DNA from: Candidatus Eiseniibacteriota bacterium
GTDB taxonomy: Bacteria > Eisenbacteria > RBG-16-71-46
NCBI GenBank assembly: GCA_963744995.1
Contig: CAVUWA010000005.1
Location: 360,334-424,333 of the forward strand
Length of the DNA: 64,000 bases
Direction of reading: 5' to 3'
The position numbers and the translations under genes were made by a program. Each line of letters opens with the position of its first letter. Positions within the stretch are counted from its first letter, which is position 1. The notes under the pieces are model-generated. The model saw only the letters and a program-made list of their open reading frames with translations, did no database searches and was not told the origin of the DNA. Shown piece by piece: positions 40,854 to 49,549 of the stretch.

Positions 40854-42437
40854 ATGCGCTTTTTCTCCGCCGCGCTCGCCGCCATCGCCATCCTCAGCGC
40901 TCTGCCTGGCCCCGCGCATGCCGTGGGGGTGCCGTACGCACCCAATTGCCTGGTTCCGAGCCACATCGATCTCGTGGGCATCAATGGCACCACGGATCCC
41001 GCCGGCACGTTCTTCGTGAACGTGCGTGATATCGACGGCGTCGTCATCCCCGCGGCGACGGTGCAAATCGATTTCGGTCAGTGCAGCGACGTGGTTCTTT
41101 CCGCGGCTCAGCCGTACTCGGGACTCTTGGTGAGCTGCGTCACATCGACCGTGAGCGCCACCACCGACGGCGCGGGGACCGCCGTGTTCTCGATCGCCGG
41201 AGGGATCGCAGACCGGACGGCGGTCTCCCCCGTGGGCTGTGCCGAGATTTACGCGAACGGCATTTTGATCGGCTCCGTCTCGGTCGCGGCCTTTGATCAG
41301 GACGGCATCGACGGCGTCACGACGAACGACCTGGCACTGTGGCTGTGCGACCTGAGCACGCCCGCATACGAGCCTCGCTCGGACTTCGATCACGACGGCG
41401 TCGTGTCGCCGGCGGATCTGCGCTTCATGCTGTCCGTCCTCCGGATCGGCGGGTCCACGACCTCGGGATTGCGCTGCGACGGTCAGTCACAGCAGGGGCC
41501 CGTGGATTACACGAGCGGAACGCTGGTCCTGCGCTGGAATGGGTGCGATCCGCTGGGAGACAAGGTCGAGACGTTCGCCTGTGATGTCGAAGGCGGCGCG
41601 AGCGAACTCATCGGCTCGATCATTGCCGGCGCGGACGTCACGATCTCGGGGTACGAGGCGCGGATCGAGGTCGAGGGCGACGTCCCCGGACCTCTGGTCG
41701 ACTGGTGGCGCTACGACGACATCGGCTGCCGTGGCGCCAATGCGCTGGGGCTCGATCTCGACGTGAGCGGATCGACCTGCAACCCACCGTGGGCCGGAAG
41801 CGCCCCGACCGGCATCGCCTGGATGCCCGAAGTCCTCGGGGGCGGCAACACCGCGCAACTGTACCTTGCGGCGGCCGACTCGTTGCCTCATGCGCTCGTC
41901 GCGGGCGAGGAGTATGCGCTCTTCAGGCTGCGCTTCCCGCACACGGGCCTCGCCGCCTGTGCAGGGTGCCTGGCGCCGATCGTGTTCACGATGGATGAGG
42001 TGCGTCTCACGCAGTGGAAGGGCTGCCAGCAGCCGCCCTTCATCGGCGCGTTTCCGCGCACACAGGTGCTCGACACGCCCCGGGCGTTCGAGTCCAACGT
42101 GGCCGTGTATCAGGGGGCGCCGTCCGGTGTCACGGTCGACGTGCCGTCTCCGCAGCCGCAGGCCACCCAGGCGCTTCACGCGCAACCGAATCCGTTCAGA
42201 GCCTCGGTGGCGTTTCCTTTCGTGCTCGAAGACGATGCGACGCTCGCCGTGGAGGTCTTCGATGTGACGGGACGGGTCGTTCGAACGCTCGACGCCGGAT
42301 TCCGGCGGGCCGGTTCACATCGAGTGGAATGGGATGGCCTCGACGGCGCGGGACGACGTGTCCCGGCGGGCGTCTACCTGATTCGCCTCCGTGCGGGCGA
42401 CGACGTCCGCTGGGCGAAGACGGTGCGCTGGGAGTGA
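40854..42437 (+). CDS. Secreted Cys-rich protein with dockerin/EF-hand-like repeats and FlgD/T9SS-like CTD
   Basis: Own SD and signal peptide (MRFFSAALAAIAIL...AHA), 'DQDGIDGVTTNDL' and 'DFDHDGVVSPADL', CTD 'PNPF...FDVTGRVVRTL...WDG...GVYLIRL'. Confidence 0.8.
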   Translation: MRFFSAALAAIAILSALPGPAHAVGVPYAPNCLVPSHIDLVGINGTTDPAGTFFVNVRDIDGVVIPAATVQIDFGQCSDVVLSAAQPYSGLLVSCVTSTVSATTDGAGTAVFSIAGGIADRTAVSPVGCAEIYANGILIGSVSVAAFDQDGIDGVTTNDLALWLCDLSTPAYEPRSDFDHDGVVSPADLRFMLSVLRIGGSTTSGLRCDGQSQQGPVDYTSGTLVLRWNGCDPLGDKVETFACDVEGGASELIGSIIAGADVTISGYEARIEVEGDVPGPLVDWWRYDDIGCRGANALGLDLDVSGSTCNPPWAGSAPTGIAWMPEVLGGGNTAQLYLAAADSLPHALVAGEEYALFRLRFPHTGLAACAGCLAPIVFTMDEVRLTQWKGCQQPPFIGAFPRTQVLDTPRAFESNVAVYQGAPSGVTVDVPSPQPQATQALHAQPNPFRASVAFPFVLEDDATLAVEVFDVTGRVVRTLDAGFRRAGSHRVEWDGLDGAGRRVPAGVYLIRLRAGDDVRWAKTVRWE

Positions 42438-42605
42438 AACGCTCGACTTGAAGCACTCGAGCGGGGCTCGTGGAGCCTCCGGGCCCTCCCATCGCGGGCC
42501 AGGCCTGACGCCGCGTTCGCCCCCATCAGCAGATGGATGCCGAGCGGCGGCAGCACGAAAAAGCTGACATCCGGGCGCGCGAAGGCCCTACAATGCGCGC
42601 TTCGC

Positions 42606-44381
42606 ATGACGCCCTCCACGTGTACGAAGCAGATCTCTGCCTGTGCGCTGCTGCTCGTCGCCCTCGCGGGCTGCGCACAGCGCGCCGACGTCGAGATCTA
42701 TCCCGCCGGCGCCGACACGGGCGGCCCGCCCCACATGGGCGGTCGCGCCGTGCTGGTGCGCGAGGAGGATCCCGACTACCTGGATCCGGCGCTCTCCTAC
42801 GGCGTGTACTCGGCCCCGGTCACCGAAGCGCTGTTCCACACCCTGCTCGACTACAGGGGCGTGCCCGGTCCCGCGGGCGCCGAGCTCGTACCCGACCTTG
42901 CGGAATCGCTGCCCGACCTGCGCGAGGACGGCACCCTCTACGCGTTCAAGGTGCGCAAGGACGCCCGTTTCAGCCCGCCGCTCGGCCGCCACATCACGGC
43001 CGCCGACTTCAAGTACTCGCTCGAGCGGTTGTTCGTGGTGAACTCCCCCAGCGTACCGTTCTTCAGCGCGATCGTCGGCGCCGACGACGTGCTCGCGGGG
43101 CGTACGAAAGCACTCGCTGGCGTGATCGCCCGCGGCGACTCGTTGTACGTTCGCATCCACGAGCGCAGTCCGGTATTCCTGCAGATCCTCACGATGCCAT
43201 TCTCGGCTCCGGTGCCGCGCGAGGTCGCGGACGCCCACCAGAACGACTTCTCGCAGCACACGGTGGCGAGCGGGCCGTTCATGGTCGCCGACTTCGAGCC
43301 GCGCGTGCGCGTGCTGCTGGTCCGCAACCCCAATTACTGCGGCAGGCCGGCCTGGCTCGATACGATCGAGGTGCGGCTGGGGGTTTCGACCGCCAACGCC
43401 GTGGCGCTCATCCGCCGCGGCCTTGCGCACGGCGGGTTCTTCGAGGTGCCTGCTTCCGAAGTCGGCCGCATCCGCCGCGATCCGTTCTGGCGCCACCAGA
43501 TCGACGTGGCCGACGGCCTCAACACCACCTATCTGTTCATGAACGTCGAGCTGCCGCCGTTCAACGACGTGCGCGTGCGCCAGGCCGTCAACTGGGCGCT
43601 CGACCGCCGCGCGTTCGTGAAGATCTACGCCGGCAAGACGATCCCCGCGCACGAGATCCTGCCGCTCGGGATGCCGGGGGTCGAGCCGTTGCACATGTAC
43701 GAAGGCCCGGACCTCGACCGCGCGCGCAAGCTGCTCGCCGAGGCCGGGTATCCAGACGGCTTCGAGACGAAACTGTACGGCTACACCACCGAGCCGACGC
43801 CACGCGAGATCGCAGTCGTCCAGCAGCAGCTCGCGCAAGTCGGCATCCGCTGCGAGATCGACCTCGGCGAGGCCGTCGGCTACACGTCCATGGCGGGCGA
43901 CACCACCAAGCACATTCCGTTCGGCTACTACGCGTGGACCGCCGACTACGTGGACCCGTCCAACTTCATCGACGTGCTGTTCAACGGGCTGCGCATCACC
44001 CCCAAGCAGAACATCAATCTGTGCATGTTCAACGATCCGGGCATCAATGCCATGATCCACGCCGCGTCCCGCGAGCCGGACGATGCGAAACGGACGGCGA
44101 TGTGGAACGAGCTCGACCGGAAGATCATGGCGCTCGCTCCGATCGCACCGCTCCACCACCAGCTCGAGAGCCGCCTCTACGGCCCCGCGCTCGGCGGCTG
44201 GTACCGGCACATCACGCGCATCCTCAAGCTCGAGGACCTGTACATGAAGTCGCCGAAGCCGGAGGCAGAGCGGACGGCGCACGCGCCGCAGGCGGCCCGG
44301 CCTCCTGCGGCCGGCACCCCGGGGCCCGGCGCGGCCGCCGGGGACGTTACGCCCCCGCCGTCCTCCGGGACCGGCACGTGA
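42606..44381 (+). CDS. oppA: Peptide/oligosaccharide ABC transporter substrate-binding lipoprotein (family 5)
   Basis: Lipobox LAGC, 'PDLAE', 'SGPF', 'VRQAVNWALDR'. Confidence 0.9.
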   Translation: MTPSTCTKQISACALLLVALAGCAQRADVEIYPAGADTGGPPHMGGRAVLVREEDPDYLDPALSYGVYSAPVTEALFHTLLDYRGVPGPAGAELVPDLAESLPDLREDGTLYAFKVRKDARFSPPLGRHITAADFKYSLERLFVVNSPSVPFFSAIVGADDVLAGRTKALAGVIARGDSLYVRIHERSPVFLQILTMPFSAPVPREVADAHQNDFSQHTVASGPFMVADFEPRVRVLLVRNPNYCGRPAWLDTIEVRLGVSTANAVALIRRGLAHGGFFEVPASEVGRIRRDPFWRHQIDVADGLNTTYLFMNVELPPFNDVRVRQAVNWALDRRAFVKIYAGKTIPAHEILPLGMPGVEPLHMYEGPDLDRARKLLAEAGYPDGFETKLYGYTTEPTPREIAVVQQQLAQVGIRCEIDLGEAVGYTSMAGDTTKHIPFGYYAWTADYVDPSNFIDVLFNGLRITPKQNINLCMFNDPGINAMIHAASREPDDAKRTAMWNELDRKIMALAPIAPLHHQLESRLYGPALGGWYRHITRILKLEDLYMKSPKPEAERTAHAPQAARPPAAGTPGPGAAAGDVTPPPSSGTGT

Positions 44382-45337
44382 CCAGCACGCCGATCGACGT
44401 CGGCACGGAGCTCGTCGAGGCCGAGCGCGCGGTTCCGGGTCCGCTCGCCGACGCCCTGCACCGCTTCTTCCGCAACACCTCGGCGCGCGTCGGATTCGCG
44501 ATGCTCGCGGTCGTGATCCTCGCGGCGCTGCTCGCCCCCTGGCTCACGCACGACGTGCTGCACCAGTCGGCGTATGCGCAGCACATCGTCGACCAGGTCA
44601 TGATCGGCGGAAGACACGTGGACGTGGTGTCCGACGACGGGCTGCCGCTCGGCCCCTCGTCCGCGTTCCTGCTCGGCGCCGATCTGCTCGGCCGCGACCT
44701 GCTGTCGCGGATTCTCTATGGCGCTCGCATTTCGCTGTTCGTCGCGGGGGTCGGCACGCTGCTGTCGCTGCTGCTCGGCCTCGCCGCCGGGCTGTTCGCC
44801 GGGTTCTACCGGGGCTTCGCCGACACCCTGATCTCGCGCTTCGTGGATTCGATGATGGCGATCCCGGTGCTGCTGCTGGCGATCGCGCTCGCCTCCGTGC
44901 TGCGTCAGAGCAGCGTGTGGATGGTGATCCTGATCCTCGCGCTGGTGAACTGGACCTACCTCGCGCGCATCATCCGGGCCGAGGTCCTGAAACTGCGCGA
45001 GATGGACTTCGTCGAGGCGGCGCGCGCGCTGGGGGTGCGGGATGGCATGCTGCTGGTGCGTCACCTGCTGCCGAACCTCACCGGGCCGGTGATCGTATTT
45101 GCGACGCTGTCGCTGGCGAGCAACATCCTGCTGGAGAGCGCCCTGTCGTTCCTGGGCGTCGGCATCCAGCCGCCGACGCCGTCGTGGGGCAACATCATCC
45201 AGGAGGGCGTGCAGTTCTACAGCGTGGCGTGGTGGATCACGCTGTTCCCGGGGCTCGCGATCCTGTGGACCGTGGTGAGCCTGAACCTGGTCGGCGAGGG
45301 CCTGCGCGACGCCATCCTGCCCGGCGGGAGCAGATAG
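44378..45337 (+). CDS. oppC: ABC transporter permease OppC/DppC
   Basis: GTGA overlap; 'LGADLLGRDLLSRILYGARISL', EAA loop, 'PPTPSWG'. Confidence 0.92.
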   Translation: MTSTPIDVGTELVEAERAVPGPLADALHRFFRNTSARVGFAMLAVVILAALLAPWLTHDVLHQSAYAQHIVDQVMIGGRHVDVVSDDGLPLGPSSAFLLGADLLGRDLLSRILYGARISLFVAGVGTLLSLLLGLAAGLFAGFYRGFADTLISRFVDSMMAIPVLLLAIALASVLRQSSVWMVILILALVNWTYLARIIRAEVLKLREMDFVEAARALGVRDGMLLVRHLLPNLTGPVIVFATLSLASNILLESALSFLGVGIQPPTPSWGNIIQEGVQFYSVAWWITLFPGLAILWTVVSLNLVGEGLRDAILPGGSR

Positions 45338-45339
45338 CG

Positions 45340-46293
45340 ATGCTGCAATCGGTGATCAAGCGGCTGGGCTGGAGCGTCGTGGTGCTGCTGGTGGTGAGCG
45401 CGGCCACGTTCGCGATCTTCTTCGCGATCCCCACCAATCCGGCCTCGCTGATCGCGGGCAAGTACGCGACCCCCGCGACGATCGCCAAGATCGAGCACGA
45501 TCTGGGGCTCGACCAGCCGCTGCCGATCCAGTTCCTGCGCTTCGTCGGCCACGCGGCGCGCGGCGACCTCGGCTACTCGTACGTGAGCCAGCAACCGGTG
45601 ACCGCCGCGCTCACCCGGGCATTCCCGAAGACGCTCTCCCTCACCTTCGGTGCGGTGATCGTCTGGCTGCTGATCGGCATTCCGCTCGGCATCGTGAGCG
45701 CGCTCAAACCCCACTCGATCTGGGACCACGGCGCGCTGGTGTTCGCCCTGCTCGGCATTTCGGCGCCCGTCTACTGGATCGGGCTGCTGCTGCTCAAGGT
45801 GTTCGCCGACGGCCTCGGCTGGTTCCCACTCGGCGGCTATGTTCCGCTCACGTCCGGCGGGCCGATCGAGTGGGCGCACGCGCTGATGCTGCCGTGGTTC
45901 GCGCTGGCGATGCTCTACGCTGGCTGGTACGCGCGCATGACCCGCTCGCAGATGCTCGACGTCGCGCAGCTCGACTTCGTGCGCACCGCGCGGGCGAAGG
46001 GACTCGGCACCCGCGCCGTGGTCGTGAACCACATCCTGCGGAACGCCATGCTGCCGCTGGTCACCATGCTCGGCATCGACATCGCCTATCTGTTCGGCGG
46101 CGCGGTGCTCACCGAGACCGTGTTCGGCATCCCCGGCATCGGCGGCCTCGCCTGGCGCGCGATCCGCCAGCGCGACCTGCCGATGGTCATGGGCACCGTG
46201 CTGTTCGCGGCGGCGTTCATCGTGCTCGCGAACCTGGTGGTCGACATGCTGTACCGCTGGCTCGATCCCAGGATCGGGGCGGAAGGAGCGTGA
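45340..46293 (+). CDS. oppB: ABC transporter permease OppB/DppB
   Basis: 'GLDQPLPIQF', 'GDLGYS', 'RTARAKG', 'ETVFGIPGIG', 'DPRI'. Confidence 0.92.
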   Translation: MLQSVIKRLGWSVVVLLVVSAATFAIFFAIPTNPASLIAGKYATPATIAKIEHDLGLDQPLPIQFLRFVGHAARGDLGYSYVSQQPVTAALTRAFPKTLSLTFGAVIVWLLIGIPLGIVSALKPHSIWDHGALVFALLGISAPVYWIGLLLLKVFADGLGWFPLGGYVPLTSGGPIEWAHALMLPWFALAMLYAGWYARMTRSQMLDVAQLDFVRTARAKGLGTRAVVVNHILRNAMLPLVTMLGIDIAYLFGGAVLTETVFGIPGIGGLAWRAIRQRDLPMVMGTVLFAAAFIVLANLVVDMLYRWLDPRIGAEGA

Positions 46294-46555
46294 ACCACAC
46301 GCCGGCGGCGCCGACGCAGGCGTAGGAGCCGGCCACCGCGGGATTCGGGTCGATGACGTGGCTGATACAGGCGTGTCTCCGTGAACCCGCCACGTCCTGT
46401 ACCCGTGCAAAGCGAGTTCCCGGAGAAGACACGCAAGAACCGTTTTGCCCCTTGCGGGTCCCATGGATCCCAGGTCATCCAGGATGGCCACGGGAAGCGC
46501 CTGCCCCTATACTTTCCTCTCGATCCTCGACAGTCCGCGACCCTGGAGACGCCTC

Positions 46556-47116
46556 ATGCCGCCTCCACGACCCGATCCCCCACCGCGCGACGCCGGCTCA
46601 TCCCCCGCCGGCGCGGACACTCTGGTCGGGAAGGTCTATGTGGAGCTGCGGGCGCTGGCGGCCTACCACATGGCTCACGAACGCCCCGGGCATACGCTGC
46701 AACCCACGGCGCTGGTGCACGAGGTCTACCTGCGGATGGCCGCGCAGCGCACGGGCTGGCAGAGCCGTTCCCACTTCATGCGACTCGCCGCGCAACAGAT
46801 TCGCCGGGTGCTCGTGGATCACGCCCGCGCCCGCAACAGCCAGAAGCGTGGTGGCGACCGCATGCGGGTGACGCTCAGCGATCTCGACTCGGGCGAGCGT
46901 GACTTCGACCTGCTGGCGCTCGATCGGGCCATGGAGCGGCTCGCCGGCCGGGCGCCGGAGGCGGCCCGGGTCGTGGAGCTGCGCTACTTCGCGGGCTTCA
47001 CCGAACGGGAGATCGCCGACGCACTGAGCACCTCCGTGCGGACGGTCCGGCGGCACTGGGCGTTCGCGCGGGCGTGGCTGTTTCGCGAGCTCGACGAAGA
47101 GAACGCCGCCGGATGA
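46556..47116 (+). CDS. ECF sigma factor, kinase-associated (TIGR02999-like) type
   Basis: 'YVELRALAA', 'HTLQPTALVHEVYLR', 'VDHARAR..KRGG', 'WAFARAWL'; TATACT at 46508-46513. Confidence 0.92.
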   Translation: MPPPRPDPPPRDAGSSPAGADTLVGKVYVELRALAAYHMAHERPGHTLQPTALVHEVYLRMAAQRTGWQSRSHFMRLAAQQIRRVLVDHARARNSQKRGGDRMRVTLSDLDSGERDFDLLALDRAMERLAGRAPEAARVVELRYFAGFTEREIADALSTSVRTVRRHWAFARAWLFRELDEENAAG

Positions 47117-49476
47117 CCCTCGACGATCGATTCGGGCTCGTGCAGCGGATCTTCGCGGCGGCGCTGGAACGTCCCGAAGACGAGCGGATCGCGTTCGTCC
47201 GCGAGCGCAGCGCCGGCGACTCCGAAGTCGAAACGGAGGTTCTCTCGCTGCTGCGGGCGCGCGCCCGCGCGAGCGGATTCCTTGCAGGTTCGGCGATCGC
47301 CTCCGCGGGGGGCGAAGCCTCCTGGCTGGGGCGGACCATCGGCAAATACCGCCTGGAAGAGATCGTCGCCAGCGGTGGGATGGGGATCGTGTTCCGGGCC
47401 AGTCAGATGCACCCGCAGCGCGACGTGGCGCTCAAGCTCATTCGTGGCGACGCCATCTCCCGCCGCGCGCTGCAGCGCTTCGAGATGGAGGCCGAGCTCC
47501 TCGGCCGCCTCGATCATCCCGGCATCGCCCGCATCTACGATGCGGGCGTCGCCGACGCCGCCAGCGGCCGCCAGCCCTACTTCGTCATGGAGCTGATCGA
47601 CGGGGTCCACCTCTCCGAATACGCTCGCACGCATGACCTGGGCCTCGACGAACGGATCCGCCTGCTGGTGCGCATTTGCGAGGCCGTCAACCATGCGCAT
47701 CAGCACGGCATCGTGCATCGCGACCTCAAGCCGGCGAACATCCTCGTCCGCGCCGACGGTCAGCCGAAGATCCTCGACTTCGGCATCGCGCGCCACACCG
47801 ACCACGACCTGAGCGCGACTTCGTTCCGAACCGACGTGGGACAGGTCATCGGGACGCTGCCGTACATGAGCCCCGAACAGGTGCGTGGCGATCCCGCCGA
47901 GCTCGACACACGTTCGGACGTCTACGCGCTCGGCGTCCTCTGCTACGAGCTGCTGACCGGCCGCCTGCCGCAACCGCTGGAGGGACTGACGATCGTCGAG
48001 GCGGCCCGCGTGATCGAGGAAGACGAGCCCAGTTCGCTGGGTGACCGCGAACGACGGTTCCCCTCCGACCTCGAGACGATCGTGCGCAAGTGCCTCGAGA
48101 AGGACAAGACGCGGCGCTACGGCTCGCCCGGGGAACTGGCGGCCGACCTCGAGCGCTTTCTCGCCAGCGAACCGATCCTGGCGCGCGCGCCGAGCGCCAT
48201 CTACCAGCTGCGCAAGTTCGCGCGCCGCAATCGCGGCATGGTAGCGACGGTCGGAGCAGGCGTCGTCGTGCTGCTGGTGGGCTTCGCAATCGCGGTGGCG
48301 GGCTGGTCGCGCGCGAACGTCGACCGCCACCAGGCCGAAGTGGAAGCGGAGAAGTCCCGCCTGCTCAACGCATTCATGGTCGAGCTGCTCGGAGCGCCCT
48401 CCCCCGACGAAGAGGGGACCGCTGTCCGGGTCATCGACGTCCTGGCCCGGGCCGATGAGCTCGTGAAGGAACGCATGGGCGACGAGCCCGAGGTTGCGGC
48501 GAGCGCCCACCTCACGCTCGGGCATACCTTCCGGGGCCTGGGGCAGTATCCGGACGCCGAACGGCACTACCGGGAGTCGCTGCGTCTCTCGGAGAGCATC
48601 CTCCCGTTGGACGACGCCCGTCTGTACCCGGGGCTCGAGAGCCTCGGCGACCTGTTGATCGATCAGGGACGCCTCGACGAGGCCGATTCGATCGCGGCCC
48701 GGATTCGGGCGGTGGCGCCGCATCTGGATCCGAACGGCGCCGAGCATGTGGACGCGTTGTACTTCTTCGCGAGCCTCGAAGAGGCGCGCGGTCACATGGA
48801 GGAGGCGATCGGGCATCTGGAGACCGCGCTGCAGCGTTCGAAGGCGGCGCTCGGAGACACGGCCGAAATGACCATGGTGCTGGAGGGGGCCCTGGGAAAC
48901 CTGTACTGGCAGGTGGATCGGTCGCAGGATGCGGTGCCGCTCATGGAGTCTGCGACGGCCGCCTTCGCCAGGCGCTACGGCGACGATCATCCGGAGCTGC
49001 TCGGCATGCAGAACAACCTCGCCTACGCCTACAACGCGGCCGGCCGGCAGCAGCAGTCGCTCGATCTGTTCCTGTCGATCCTCGAGAAGAAGCGCCGGGT
49101 CCTCGGCGAAATGAATTCGAGCACGGCGCTCGGCTACCACAGCGTGGCCAGCGAATACCGGAACATGGGCCGGCCCGCCGACGCGCTGCCCTACCACGCC
49201 GCGGCCGTGCGGCTGGCCGATGAAGTCATGGGCCAGGACGACATTCGCAGGCACATCCTGCGTTCGGGCTACGGTCTGTCGCTCCTCGACGTGGGGCGGC
49301 TGGACGAGGCCGAGCGATACCTGCGATCGGGCTATCAGGCCTTGAAGCGGCGGTACGGCAAAGACCACGAGCGCCCGCGGCGGCTGGCGAAGGCCCTCGC
49401 GCGCCTGTACGCGCGGAAAGGCGATTCTCTTCGGGCGCAACGGTTTCGAGGGCTGGCTACGGCCGCGGGCGGCTGA
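47113..49476 (+). CDS. Ser/Thr protein kinase with TM segment and extracytoplasmic TPR array
   Basis: ATGA overlap with the ECF; HRDLKPAN, DFGIAR, YMSPEQ; TM; kinesin-light-chain-type TPRs ('GDDHPELL..NNLA'). Confidence 0.95.
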   Translation: MTLDDRFGLVQRIFAAALERPEDERIAFVRERSAGDSEVETEVLSLLRARARASGFLAGSAIASAGGEASWLGRTIGKYRLEEIVASGGMGIVFRASQMHPQRDVALKLIRGDAISRRALQRFEMEAELLGRLDHPGIARIYDAGVADAASGRQPYFVMELIDGVHLSEYARTHDLGLDERIRLLVRICEAVNHAHQHGIVHRDLKPANILVRADGQPKILDFGIARHTDHDLSATSFRTDVGQVIGTLPYMSPEQVRGDPAELDTRSDVYALGVLCYELLTGRLPQPLEGLTIVEAARVIEEDEPSSLGDRERRFPSDLETIVRKCLEKDKTRRYGSPGELAADLERFLASEPILARAPSAIYQLRKFARRNRGMVATVGAGVVVLLVGFAIAVAGWSRANVDRHQAEVEAEKSRLLNAFMVELLGAPSPDEEGTAVRVIDVLARADELVKERMGDEPEVAASAHLTLGHTFRGLGQYPDAERHYRESLRLSESILPLDDARLYPGLESLGDLLIDQGRLDEADSIAARIRAVAPHLDPNGAEHVDALYFFASLEEARGHMEEAIGHLETALQRSKAALGDTAEMTMVLEGALGNLYWQVDRSQDAVPLMESATAAFARRYGDDHPELLGMQNNLAYAYNAAGRQQQSLDLFLSILEKKRRVLGEMNSSTALGYHSVASEYRNMGRPADALPYHAAAVRLADEVMGQDDIRRHILRSGYGLSLLDVGRLDEAERYLRSGYQALKRRYGKDHERPRRLAKALARLYARKGDSLRAQRFRGLATAAGG

Positions 49477-49549
49477 CGGCGATTCGCTGGCCTGTTCGGC
49501 CGCGCGATCCCGCGTTACTGGGCAACTTCCACCCGTTCGGAGGTGTCCA

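Noticed and set aside
38253..42437. 1394-aa fused ORF
   Set aside because: A frameshift near 40680 reads through an intergenic region; two separate genes have their own CTD, stop, promoter and SD.
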